A DNA stretch of 64,000 nucleotides from an uncultured Gammaproteobacteria bacterium (GTDB taxonomy: Bacteria; Pseudomonadota; Gammaproteobacteria; UBA9214): contig CAVVHS010000006.1 of the NCBI GenBank assembly GCA_963748215.1, forward strand, positions 64,001 to 128,000. Reading direction: 5' to 3'. The translations under genes and the position numbers were made by a program. Under the pieces are notes generated by a model, which saw only the letters and a list, made by a program, of their open reading frames with translations, ran no database searches and was not told where the DNA came from. This document shows, in pieces, positions 47,633-57,787 of this stretch. The first letter of the stretch is position 1; the number at the start of each line of letters is the position of its first letter.

Positions 47633-48166
47633 ATGCCAGACAACCCCAATAAACGTGAATTCAAGCCACTGAACATCGCGGTCATGACGGTTTCCGATAC
47701 GCGTACCGACGCGACGGACAAGTCCGGTGACACGCTGGTAAAACTGCTGACCGGGGCCGGTCATACGCTGGCCGAAAAGCGTATCGTCCCGGATGACATT
47801 TACCGGATACGCGCCGTTATCTCGCAGTGGATTGCCGATGCTGGCATCAATGCGGTTATCACCACGGGTGGTACCGGTATTACCGGGCGTGACAGCACGC
47901 CGGAAGCCATTACGGTTCTGTTCGACAAGCAGATCGACGGCTTCGGCGAGGTGTTTCGTGCCGTGTCCTTTGAGGAGATCAATACCTCGACCATCCAGTC
48001 GCGGGCTGTGGCCGGCGTCGCCAACGCCACTTTCATCTTCTGCCTGCCGGGGTCCACCGGCGCCTGCCGTACCGGCTGGGGCAAGCTGATCAGCCACCAG
48101 CTCGACTACCGCACACGTCCCTGCAACCTGGTGGAACTGATGCCGCGGGTGCTGGAAAAGGGTTGA
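47633..48166 (+). CDS. moaB: Molybdenum cofactor biosynthesis protein B
   Basis: TVSDTR...DKSG, TTGGTGITGRD, QSRA, LPGS. Confidence 0.95.
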   Translation: MPDNPNKREFKPLNIAVMTVSDTRTDATDKSGDTLVKLLTGAGHTLAEKRIVPDDIYRIRAVISQWIADAGINAVITTGGTGITGRDSTPEAITVLFDKQIDGFGEVFRAVSFEEINTSTIQSRAVAGVANATFIFCLPGSTGACRTGWGKLISHQLDYRTRPCNLVELMPRVLEKG

Positions 48167-48245
48167 GTAGCACCGGTTTTTGTCGTTCCCGGGAATGCGT
48201 GCATCCGGCCCGCGGGATCATCGTGCTGCCTCGGCTACTGTTTAC

Positions 48246-48747
48246 CTAGCCCGTATTTCTCACCGGGATCCCGGAAGCTGGCGCACGACTGCAGGGATGC
48301 AGGAGGTAGGGCAACGCAGGGAGCAGTTGCCGAGGGCTCGTGTGACCGGATGCCGCTCTGGAATGAAAGATCCGCTCGAGGCGCAGAGCAGGGGCCCCGG
48401 CGCAGCCGGGGATGCGACCGCCGGTGAGCGGAAAATCGCTTCGAGTACCGCCGCGGATTTTCGCTCCACCGGGGGTCAGATCCCTACCGCTGCGCGGCGG
48501 GGCCCCTCTTCCGCCCCTCGAACCGATGCGGCCGTAGCTACCACTTGAATGAACAGGTCGCTCCCGACTTCCTGTCTCCCGCGACACTTGAACGTCCCTG
48601 TACATCGCAAGTACGGGTGCACGAGAACCAGCCAGGGCCGGGATAGGCACCGCCCATTGACACACTGTTTCGTGTCAAATGGGTATTCGTTTCATGGTTT
48701 CAGCTCTTTAGGTCGGGCCTCGCCGCCCGGTGAGAAATACGGGCTAG
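48246..48747. mobile_element. ~500-bp MITE with 22-bp perfect inverted ends (including CTAG), inserted in the last codons of mobB
   Basis: CTAGCCCGTATTTCTCACCGGG (48246-48267) and CCCGGTGAGAAATACGGGCTAG (48726-48747); no transposase. Confidence 0.85.
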
Positions 48748-49248
48748 CCACATTAAAATAAAATCTGTCACCCCGGCGGCATTGTTGATGTCCAGTAGCG
48801 GCAAATCGCCGGTGTCTGTCGCTGCATCCGTGGCCACTGCGATGATGCTGTCATCTCCCGGGTATAGTAGTGGATGTCCCAGCGCTGGCCGGTGTAACTC
48901 GATGCGTGTGTAGGGCACATGTTTGAAACCCTCGACCAGTACCAGGTCGATGCTGTCCTGGTCCAGCCTTTTGACCAGGTCATCCAGTACCGGGTCGCCG
49001 ATACTGTCGTTTTCCGTCATCAGGGCCCAGCGCCGGTCCGAGGCCACCAGCATCTGCCGGGCGCCGGCCTTGCGCAGCTCGTAACTGTCCTTGCCCGGCT
49101 TGTCGATATCGAAGTCATGGTGGGCATGCTTTATGACGCCGACACGCACGCCCCGATCCGCCAGTAGCGGGATCAGTTGTTTCAACAGGGTGGTCTTGCC
49201 GGTGCCGCTGTAGGCGGCAAAGCCCAGTACCGGTTTCGAGTATGTCAT
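48700..49248 (-). CDS. mobB: Molybdopterin-guanine dinucleotide biosynthesis protein B
   Basis: AAYSGTGKTTL, IKHAHHDFDIDKPGKDSY, LVLVEGFK; ATG at 49248. Confidence 0.93.
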   Translation of the reverse strand: MTYSKPVLGFAAYSGTGKTTLLKQLIPLLADRGVRVGVIKHAHHDFDIDKPGKDSYELRKAGARQMLVASDRRWALMTENDSIGDPVLDDLVKRLDQDSIDLVLVEGFKHVPYTRIELHRPALGHPLLYPGDDSIIAVATDAATDTGDLPLLDINNAAGVTDFILMWLARISHRAARPDLKS

Positions 49249-49367
49249 CCAGGCAGTGTACCCTGTGGGTGGCGAATTCCTGAATGATGCGGTGATTGGG
49301 GTCTGAAAAAGTCCGTTGCAGCAGGATGTTCTGCCCTGTCGACTGTTCTGCAACGTCCATACGCAGG

Positions 49368-49570
49368 TCCCGGGCTGGCCTTTATCCGGCAACTGCCGGC
49401 GAATTTCCCCCGTCTGCCGCGCCGTGGCATCAATGCAACCAGGGTGGAGTTGACCATAATGCCTGCCGCGCCTCCCGGCAGAGATCATTCGACAGCAGTT
49501 CCGTGATCTGGCATGTAAAGGTCGGCGTCTGAAAATGAGCATATGCCGATGAGGTGTTCGCCGGCGGCGC
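49368..49570 (-). pseudogene. Decayed 5' half of a RelE/HigB-2-like toxin gene (copy 2)
   Basis: Aligns with 9921-10130; MLIF / TPTFTCQITELLSNDL / VNSTLVALMP. Confidence 0.6.
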
Positions 49571-49675
49571 CTGGTAACAGCATGATTGAATCCTCAGATC
49601 GGACGGTCGCGGCCGCGGGGGATTATGAGACAGGTTCCTAACCAGGCCGGACGGGACCTGATTGACCGGTCAGGC

Positions 49676-51203
49676 TCAATTCCCGGTTTGTTGCCGGTTG
49701 TCGGGTCCTGACTGGTCCCAGGCAGTTTGGAGATGCTGATCGCGGCCGTAGGGGTCATCCCGAAAATGTAGCTTCCCTTCGTCATCACTCCAGACATTCA
49801 TATAAAGCAGATAGACCGGAACCGTATGCTTCAGCGTGACATTCCGTGTCGTGCCGGCATCCAGCGCCGCCCGAATCGCGTCACGATCCATCTGCTGGTC
49901 CGATGCCAGCAGATATTCCGCCAGCAGCATGGGTTCTTCGATACGGATACAGCCAGAGCTGAAGGTCCGGCCCGGGAGCCGGAACAGGATCTTGTTCGGT
50001 GAATCGTGCAGGTAGATGTCGTACGGGTTTTCGAATGAGAACTTCAGGCGCCCCAGGCTGTTGTCCGGGCCGGCGTCCTGCCTGAGGGTGTAGGCGAAAT
50101 TGCGTGGCGTCAGGCTCGACCAGTCGACCGCCTGTATATTCACTTCGCGCCCGTCCTGCGTGGAGAATACCCGAATCCGGTTCCTGTCCAGAAATGTCCT
50201 GTCCTCGCGCTGCAGCGGTAACAGGTCTTCCACCGCGATGGTATGGGGGACCGTCCAGGTGGGGTTGAAGGTAATCAGCTCGATGTGGCCCTGCAGGTCG
50301 GGTGTCTGCCGGTAGGCACGGCCCACAATGGCGCGCATGGAAAGCAGGGGTTTGTCGTGTTCGATAAGCTGCAACTCCGCTGCCACGATGTTGACCCGGA
50401 TATAGCGGTCTCCCATGTTGCGTGGCAACCAGCGCCAGCGTTCCAGGGTGATCCTGACCTGTTCGATCCGTTTCTCCACCGGCACATTGAGCGCTTCGAG
50501 TGTGCGGGCTCCGACCACGCCATCAATCCAGAGCCCGTGCTCCGCCTGAAACCGGCGCACCGCGGCGTCGAGCCCGGCATCGAAATACAGCGGATCGGCC
50601 TGCATCTCCGCCGTGTAATGACCGCTGATGCGCAGCCGGTTGCGCAAGGGGATCACGCGCTCGTCGCGTGTGCCGGGGTGCAGGTCATCGCCGGCAGGGA
50701 ATCAGCGGCCAGCCACCCGCGGCGCGTATGTCGAGCAGCTGCCGCAGCGTGTCGCGCAAGCGCCGGTACTGCGGGTGCGGCGGCAGCAGTGCCTCGTGGT
50801 ATGCCTCGACCGCGGCGGCCGTGTCGAAAGCGGGTAGCGGGATATGCGCATCCCGTGGCTGGCGGGTCAGGTGCCAGCCCGGATCCAGGGCGGGATCGAG
50901 GCGCCCCTGCGACAGGTCGCGGCCGTAGCGCGCGAACGCCTCATCCAGATGCCGGGAAAATTCGCGGAGGCTGGTCGCCGGGCCGGCCGGCCAGCTGTTC
51001 CAGTTCCTCCACGGCATAGTCGGAGGGCTCCAGCCCTTCGCTCTCGGCGCGATGCAGCAGCTCGAGTTGCGCCCGTTGCGCGGTGCCCGGCAGGCTCTCG
51101 CGGCGGCTATTGCACCGATAGCTACGACAACGCAGGCAAGCAGGCAGGGAGAAAACAGGCAGAGTGAAAAAAATATCCCCGCCGGGGCGGGGATGGTTTG
51201 CAT
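49676..51203 (-). pseudogene. YcbB/LdtD-like L,D-transpeptidase, frameshifted
   Basis: PG-binding (AVRRFQAEHGL.DGVVG), LERWRWLP, FNPTWTVP, IYLHD...SSGCIR; N-terminal half split over other frames (~50695, ~50990). Confidence 0.75.
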
Positions 51204-51245
51204 TCACGTTATAGCTGCCGGACGGGAACATGCCCGTTACAGCGG

Positions 51246-51781
51246 TCAGGCCTTGCGGCGTGCCAGTCCCAGCAGGCCGAGGCCGCTGAGCATCAGCCAG
51301 AGGGCGCCGGGCAGGGGGACGATGGTAACTGCGGTGGAGTGAACTGCGAAGAAATACGTGATTCTGGTTTGCGATGAAGCTGCCGAGGCCATTGCCGTCT
51401 GCCAGGCCGATATCCGCTGATACCGGTGGTGGCATTCGATGTGAAAGTATAGGTGCCGATGGTGCCGTAAATCCAACTGTGGTCCGAAACCCAGCTTTAC
51501 CGTATTCAGGCTGCCGGTGGTTCCTCGTCGGTGCCCTGTAATTCCGCTGATGCTTTCCGCGAAGCCATGAACGTCAGGAGTGTCGGGTCGTAGCTGATCA
51601 GAACCTGGCCGGAGTAATCCGGATCTGAAATATCGCTGGCATCCAGATCCAGATCCAGTGTGAATGTCTGGTTTGTTCCGACCGTGAGTGCCGACGGGGT
51701 TAGTGAGATTGATGCTGCAAACACCGCGGACCACCCGACTGTCAGGGCCAGGGCCAGCAATGCCTTAAATCCGGTTGTCAT
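51246..51781 (-). pseudogene. VPLPA-CTERM (PEP-CTERM-like) surface protein, frameshifted
   Basis: Signal peptide ORF 51506-51781; C-terminal VPLPGALWLMLSGLGLLGLARRKA in another frame. Confidence 0.7.
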
Positions 51782-51852
51782 TTCATTTCGTGCTCCTTCA
51801 AGGAACTGGTTTGATTTTATTGTCGCAATGTACTTCGGGTCGCTGGATTCCG

Positions 51853-52992
51853 CTACTGAACAGCCGGCAGCTGGGGCAGCAGGCCCACATCCCTGACCGT
51901 CAGCTCGTTGCCCCCGCCGGTATCGAGAACCACGTCGACCGCGTGCGCGACAGACTGGTTGCCAGCGCCGCCCAGCAGCACGCCCTGTACGTAACCCGAT
52001 GTGACGTTGGCGCTGAACTGGCCGGGATCCGATACCAGATCGACCGCCTGAACGGGGCCGCCCGCGTCAAAGGCATAACCCGGGTTCTGCCAGTTACCGG
52101 TCCAGCCAGGCTGGCTGCCGAAATTCACGGTGATATTCGCCATTGTACCGGTATTACCTGACATATTGCCTGAAAACGAGGCCGTCACATTACCGGCATT
52201 GAGTGTATCCAGTGTGTCCATGCTGCTTGCGATGCCCCAGGCAAATACGCCTGAATTTGTATTGTCCAGCGTCTGGTTGGTGGTACTGCCATGCAACCAG
52301 ACACCCCCTGCCCGGTCAAAGTTGCCTTCAGTATCGGGTTGACCCTTGAACACAATGAGTTTGGATTCGGTGCCCTCGACGATCCCGTTATAGCGCGGCG
52401 GCCCGGGCACATCCTCGCGCTGGAGGTTGTCGATAGACACCAGTTCGTTACTGCCGCCCGGATCGACGACGAACTGACTGGCGTCCGGATTCATGGCATA
52501 AGGCACCACACTGGATCCGCTGGTATCGGCGGGCTGAGCCGCCAGCCCGGGTGCGATGGTCGCAAAACCACAGGCAGCCCCCGGCGTGCAGGAACCCAGG
52601 GGCAGGGTTACCCCATCGCCGGCGGGGTCACGGGTAAACTCGTCGGGCCGGAGATTGGGGTCACCCTGTGCCAGCTTGATCGGCGCAACAGTGCCACCGG
52701 CTGCCGGTGCCAGTGACGCCCAGGGGCCCCAGCAGTAGATGGAGTTTGCGGCATTGGGATCTGCGCAGGGATCAACGGGGCTGCCCGCTGCCGGATTCAT
52801 ATCGGGGAGCGCCTCAACCAGCTTTTCCTGACAGGCGTCTACCAGACTCTTTGGAACGGAAGCCGGGTCTGCGGCCCAGCGTTTGAGTATTTCCGCACAA
52901 TCGCGATCCTTGAGCGCCATGCCACCGGCAAGGGCGCTGTTCAGGAACAGGGCGCAGCCGAGCAAGACGAGAAATCTAAAGTGGAAACGCAT
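51853..52992 (-). CDS. Secreted Gly/Ser/Thr-rich protein, probable cargo of adjacent Slam-like barrel
   Basis: Signal peptide; three Cys pairs; beta-rich C-terminus (ASFSGNM...ANITVNFGS...WTG...FDAGG). Confidence 0.7.
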   Translation of the reverse strand: MRFHFRFLVLLGCALFLNSALAGGMALKDRDCAEILKRWAADPASVPKSLVDACQEKLVEALPDMNPAAGSPVDPCADPNAANSIYCWGPWASLAPAAGGTVAPIKLAQGDPNLRPDEFTRDPAGDGVTLPLGSCTPGAACGFATIAPGLAAQPADTSGSSVVPYAMNPDASQFVVDPGGSNELVSIDNLQREDVPGPPRYNGIVEGTESKLIVFKGQPDTEGNFDRAGGVWLHGSTTNQTLDNTNSGVFAWGIASSMDTLDTLNAGNVTASFSGNMSGNTGTMANITVNFGSQPGWTGNWQNPGYAFDAGGPVQAVDLVSDPGQFSANVTSGYVQGVLLGGAGNQSVAHAVDVVLDTGGGNELTVRDVGLLPQLPAVQ

Positions 52993-53041
52993 GATTCATG
53001 ACTCCCGGGATGAAGAACAATCCACTGTTTTTAAGTAAGTA

Positions 53042-53058
53042 TGCAAAAGCCGTACCTG
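53042..53058 (-). promoter_or_regulatory. sigma54 promoter upstream of secreted protein
   Basis: Minus strand CAGGTACGGCTTTTGCA, GG-N10-GC. Confidence 0.6.
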
Positions 53059-53118
53059 AATATATTTACTATATATTACATATACTTGTTGCGCCTTTAT
53101 TAGATCGCATCGCGAATA

Positions 53119-53234
53119 TGTAATGTAAACTGACACTAAAACCCCAGTCATAATAATAGAAATGAAATAACCAGCTGTTTTTATTCAGTTAGTAGGTAAT
53201 CCAACAATCAGGCAAGCTGTTAATTCTTTCGACA
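53119..53234. promoter_or_regulatory. Two TGT-N11-ACA enhancer-like boxes (PEP-CTERM-box-like)
   Basis: TGTAATGTAAACTGACA (53119-53135) and TGTTAATTCTTTCGACA (53218-53234) in an AT-rich spacer. Confidence 0.5.
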
Positions 53235-53281
53235 CGGGGTGATCGAACAGGCGCAACTTAACCCGGCAAGGCCGGGCGCGA

Positions 53282-54598
53282 CTAGAAGCTTCGCGACAAT
53301 ACGAGGCTGATCTGGTCCCGGCTGTAGTCGTAGATCGGTACGTTGGAATCGTTTTCGGTATGGGTCCAGTTGCCGGTTAGCGCCCAGTTGTTCAGCACGC
53401 CCGATTTGAAGTTATGCTGAAATCCCAGGGTGTAGCGCCACTCGTCCTCGTCACGCGGATTCGGGAACCCGGGTTCCAGTCCCTTGAAATCATAGTTACG
53501 GTATCCGATCCGGGCGAACACCGAGCCGTTCTGCCAGGCCTGCGCGACACCGCCGAGATACAGATCGGGGCCTTCGTTCGCGAAACGCTCCGCGCTGTCG
53601 TCGGTGTCGAAGCGGAAATAGCCGGCACCCCCCTTGAGCGCCAGTTTCTTGTCGAAAAAGTACCGGCCCAGACTAAGTCCCGCCCACTGGTACCAGCCCT
53701 CGCGCACGCCGTCTATGTCCTTGTTGTAGTCACGCCGGGTCAGGACACCTTCCAGGCCAAACTCGGTCGAATTACCGATCTGCCAGTTAATGGAGGGATT
53801 GAGACTGCTAAACAACGCCAGACGTCCGTCGCCCAGCCAGATCTGGTCAGCCTGCAACCCGACGGCTGCGCGCCAGTGGCGTGGAACCACCCAGGCCGGA
53901 CCGGTGCGCAGTGTCAACAGGCCCAGATTGAAATCATGCTCATCGAAGTAGCCGCGAAAGTAGACATTGGCGGAACTCTGCCAGAGGAAAAAACCGGCGT
54001 GCTCGCCGGTCTGAAAGCGTTTCCCGGGGTTATAGGTGTGCGCCAGCCCCGGATTGATGACGAAGGCCAGGTCTTCCTGCTTCCGGGTAACCGCGAACGG
54101 CGTGCCGCCGATCTGGATCACTTCCTGGTTCGGTCCGACATTGACATTGCTGTCGTGCATGAGGCCCACGGCTATCGAAGGCGTCCAGGTATGGCGATCG
54201 GCCAGTTTTTTTTCGTCTGCGTCGATCTGCGCCAGGAATGCCAGCACGGTGGTGCGTACCGCAGGCGGTGTATTGGGGTCGTTCAGGACTCGCTCTGACT
54301 CGGCACGTGCCGCCGCATAATCCATGGACAGATAATAGGTTCGTGCAAGCTCCAGCCGTGCCCGGTGCATGCCGGGATTGCCGGTCAGTATGGCATCGAG
54401 CAACTCACGTGCCGTTCTCAGCCTGTCTTCCTCGATGGCCTGCAGTGCCGAGGTGAACTGTTCCTGCATGTCTTCGGCAACCGCTGGCATGGGTGCTGTC
54501 AATGCGGCCAATGTCCAGAAAGAAGCCAGCGCGGCTGTCGCCATGGCCCGTCCACGTTTCGTGCTGCCTGTTTCAGGTTTTTCTTGAATCATGGTCAT
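53282..54598 (-). CDS. TPR + outer-membrane beta-barrel protein, Slam/DUF560-like
   Basis: RARLELARTYY TPR; HDSNVNVGP barrel start; NDSNVPIYDYSRDQ; terminal Phe. Confidence 0.78.
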   Translation of the reverse strand: MTMIQEKPETGSTKRGRAMATAALASFWTLAALTAPMPAVAEDMQEQFTSALQAIEEDRLRTARELLDAILTGNPGMHRARLELARTYYLSMDYAAARAESERVLNDPNTPPAVRTTVLAFLAQIDADEKKLADRHTWTPSIAVGLMHDSNVNVGPNQEVIQIGGTPFAVTRKQEDLAFVINPGLAHTYNPGKRFQTGEHAGFFLWQSSANVYFRGYFDEHDFNLGLLTLRTGPAWVVPRHWRAAVGLQADQIWLGDGRLALFSSLNPSINWQIGNSTEFGLEGVLTRRDYNKDIDGVREGWYQWAGLSLGRYFFDKKLALKGGAGYFRFDTDDSAERFANEGPDLYLGGVAQAWQNGSVFARIGYRNYDFKGLEPGFPNPRDEDEWRYTLGFQHNFKSGVLNNWALTGNWTHTENDSNVPIYDYSRDQISLVLSRSF

Positions 54599-54663
54599 TG
54601 CCCGGGTACCTTTACCACGCCGATGCGGCGGCCCATTCTAAAAGACAATCGGTTTTTACTCAA

Positions 54664-55317
54664 TTGCCTTGCTCCTTCCGAAATCGGGCTTCACTTGCAC
54701 TGATCGGCGCATTGTTCGTTCTGTCGCTGTTGCCGGTCCACGCGTTCGCCTTTCCCGGCGACCTGTTCGGCTTCAATCAGACCCGGCAGTCAGATATACA
54801 TGTATTCAGGCAGTGGGTAGAGGTGCTTGGACGGCATCTGCGGGAAGATGCCCCGGCAGGTGATTGCCAGGAGAAAAAGTTCAACCGCTGTCATCTAGGC
54901 CAGTGGCTGGATTTTCTCGACAGCATTCGCAAACTGCCCCGTGACCAGCAGCTCGAGCGGGTCAATCGCTACGCCAACCGCAAACACTACGTGCTGGACA
55001 TGGATAATTACGGGGTGGAAGACTATTGGGCTGTAGCCAGCGAATTTCTGGACAGGGGCGGCGATTGCGAAGATTACGCCATTACCAAACTGTTTTCGCT
55101 GCGATGGCTGGATTACCCGACCGAGGATGCACGTATCGTGGTTCTCCAGGACACCAATCTGCGTATACCCCATGCGGTCCTTGCGGTTTCGCGCGGCCAG
55201 GATATTGCCATTCTCGATAACCAGATCAGCGAAGTCGTGTCTCATCACGATATCGTTCATTACCGCCCGGTTTACTCCATCAACGAGAACAGCTGGTGGC
55301 TGCATCTCCCGGAATGA
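54664..55317 (+). CDS. LapG-like transglutaminase-like cysteine protease (start uncertain)
   Basis: Signal peptide; DNYGVEDYW, GDCEDYAITK, HAVLAV, ILDNQ. Confidence 0.88.
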   Translation: MPCSFRNRASLALIGALFVLSLLPVHAFAFPGDLFGFNQTRQSDIHVFRQWVEVLGRHLREDAPAGDCQEKKFNRCHLGQWLDFLDSIRKLPRDQQLERVNRYANRKHYVLDMDNYGVEDYWAVASEFLDRGGDCEDYAITKLFSLRWLDYPTEDARIVVLQDTNLRIPHAVLAVSRGQDIAILDNQISEVVSHHDIVHYRPVYSINENSWWLHLPE

Positions 55318-57395
55318 AAACGCCGCATCATAGCGCTCCGGCGAAGACGCCCTCGATCGCAGCCGGCATTTTCATATTGCTTTTACTGGTCGGTCTGGGC
55401 GCCTACCTGATCAATCTCTATATCGGTAAAGAGCGCGAACGTGACCTGCAGCAATGGGAGACGCGTCTTGACCTGGTGGTGGATACCCGCATGGATGCCA
55501 TCGAACGCTGGATCGATTTGCGTTATGACGGGCTGCAGGAACTTGCCGACAATGCATCGCTCCAGCTCTATCTCTGGCAGCTGCTTCAGCCGCCGGACCG
55601 CGAGACGCCTGACACAGAACCGGCGCAGCTATCCTATCTGCGCAATCTGGTCCTGGCGGCGGCGGACCGGGATGGCTACTTCTCCATGGATACACCGCGC
55701 ATCCCGGCCGATTTGCCACAGACACAGGCGAGCGGCCTTGCCCTGTTGAACGACAAACTGCAGCCGGTCGTGACGACGCCAGGCATGCCGGAGATCGGCA
55801 AGGCCGAGCGCAGGGCGGCCAAAGTCGCCCTGGCCAGCGGCCGACATCAAATCGGCGAATTGCGACTGGACAGCCAGGACCACGCGATCATCGCCTTCGC
55901 AGTACCGGTGGCCGCGGTGCTTGGTGCGAAAACCGGGCAGCCGGCACCGATCGGCGTGCTGGTCGGCATACGAAATGCCGACGCCGAATTGATGCCGCTT
56001 CTGCATCAGGGGGCTTCCTTTGCCGAAGACAGCGAAGCCCTGTTGCTGGAGCAGCGCGACAACATGGTGGTCTACCTGTCTCCCGGCAAGGACGGCACCA
56101 AACCCACGCGGCGCAGCCTGCGCATGGACCGCACCAGCCTGGGCGGAGTCAATGCGGTTACAACACCGGGCGGCTTCGGTGTATTCAACAATTACCGTGG
56201 CGAACCGGTGCTACAGGTGAGCCGGCGCCTGGGGTCCACTCCCTGGATCCTGGTGCAGCAGGTAAACGCCGGACAGGCAATGAAAGAGTCGAACGAGCAT
56301 CGGCGCTTTCTGGTCACTGCGCTGTCACTGCTGCTGTTGACTGTTGCGGCCATGTCGGTTGCAGCCTGGCGTCATGGCAGCAGTGTCCGCGCCCAGCAGC
56401 AGGCCCATGAGTTGCGTGAAAAGGCACTGAAACTTCAGAAACAGACCGAGTTGTTGCACGCCGTTACCGACAACATCGATACGCTCACACTCTTGCTCAG
56501 TCAGGATGAACGTATCCTGTTCAGCAACCAGGCTACGGCCGAAGCGGCCGGTGCCGCACTGTCCGATCTCATCGGCAATCCCCTGAGTGCCGCGCTGGGG
56601 TCGGCGGTGAGTGCAGACCTGGAGCAAGGTATCAAGGCGGCACGCGCCTCCGGCAAAAACGCCTGGCGGGTGATCAGCCTGCCTATCGGTGGTCAAAGCC
56701 GAAGCTATCGCACGGGATTCATCCCGGTTGAACGTATCGGACGTCATGAGCAACCCTTGCTGCTGGTGCTCACTGATATAACGCAGTTGCAGCAGGCACA
56801 GCAGCGTCACTCCAGATTGCTGCGGAATCTGGTTTCCACTCTCGTTCACGTGGTCGACATGCACGACCCCTGGTCTGCACACCATTCGCAGCGCATGGTG
56901 GTGGTGGCCAATGCCATTGGCCGGGAATTGAGGCTGGGCAAGCAGGAGCGGCAGACACTGGAGTTGGCGGCGACCCTGGCCAATCTCGGCAAAATCATGA
57001 TCCCGCGCGAGATACTGGTCAAAACCGAACCCTTGACCGACGCGGAACACGAGTTACTGCAGAAGCATGTCCTGCATGGCCTGGACCTGCTTGAGAGCCT
57101 TGATTTTGACGGGCCGGTACTGGAAACCATTGCGCAAAAACAGGAGCTGCTCGATGGCAGCGGCTATCCGCATGGCTTGCATGCAGAGCAAATGAGCCTG
57201 ACAGGAAGGATTCTTTCGGTCGCCAATGTGTTCGTTGCCCTGACCAGTCCCCGCGCCTATCGCGCGGGCATGTCGACACAGCAGGCTGTCAGCGAGCTGA
57301 TGGCGGGCGCGGATACCCGCTACGACCGCCATGTGGTAGCGGCGCTGTTCCATATCGCGGAAAACAGGAAGGAGTGGCTGGAAAAAGGCAGTTGA
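55314..57395 (+). CDS. Membrane sensor with Cache-like and PAS domains and a degenerate HD-GYP domain
   Basis: Two TM; DPWSAHHSQRM, LANLGK (HD replaced by AN), QKQELLDGSGYP, VANVFVAL; ATGA overlap with protease. Confidence 0.85.
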   Translation: MKTPHHSAPAKTPSIAAGIFILLLLVGLGAYLINLYIGKERERDLQQWETRLDLVVDTRMDAIERWIDLRYDGLQELADNASLQLYLWQLLQPPDRETPDTEPAQLSYLRNLVLAAADRDGYFSMDTPRIPADLPQTQASGLALLNDKLQPVVTTPGMPEIGKAERRAAKVALASGRHQIGELRLDSQDHAIIAFAVPVAAVLGAKTGQPAPIGVLVGIRNADAELMPLLHQGASFAEDSEALLLEQRDNMVVYLSPGKDGTKPTRRSLRMDRTSLGGVNAVTTPGGFGVFNNYRGEPVLQVSRRLGSTPWILVQQVNAGQAMKESNEHRRFLVTALSLLLLTVAAMSVAAWRHGSSVRAQQQAHELREKALKLQKQTELLHAVTDNIDTLTLLLSQDERILFSNQATAEAAGAALSDLIGNPLSAALGSAVSADLEQGIKAARASGKNAWRVISLPIGGQSRSYRTGFIPVERIGRHEQPLLLVLTDITQLQQAQQRHSRLLRNLVSTLVHVVDMHDPWSAHHSQRMVVVANAIGRELRLGKQERQTLELAATLANLGKIMIPREILVKTEPLTDAEHELLQKHVLHGLDLLESLDFDGPVLETIAQKQELLDGSGYPHGLHAEQMSLTGRILSVANVFVALTSPRAYRAGMSTQQAVSELMAGADTRYDRHVVAALFHIAENRKEWLEKGS

Positions 57396-57787
57396 AGCCG
57401 GTGCCCGGACACTCGTGTCTCTCCTGTCGACTTGCTGTGTCCCGCGTCAAATCAGTGAGGTAATCCCCAGGTTATACCGGTGGACTTCCATTAATGCGAG
57501 CTATTTAGCGGTCATGCTCTATCTCCGGTCACGACCAGGAGAAGGAGAATTACCGCCGGGAGAATATCAGTGTCTGAGACATCCCGGCGGGACCGATTTA
57601 CCGTAATGCATGATGCCGGGGCGTCCGGGGTGATTGTTCCCGGCAGCGCGATGGCGAGCAGCATGGTTATTCGACCGGGACAGGCCATGATGCTTCCCGA
57701 TGCAACGCCCGGTTAGCACGCGCGTGCAGCGGACGGTGTTTCCATGCTGCAGACGTTCCACTGGACATTCGCTTCGAGAGTAAAGAT

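Noticed and set aside
48180-48665. ORFs of 122, 139 and 69 aa between moaB and mobB
   Set aside because: Lie within the MITE; no transposase motifs
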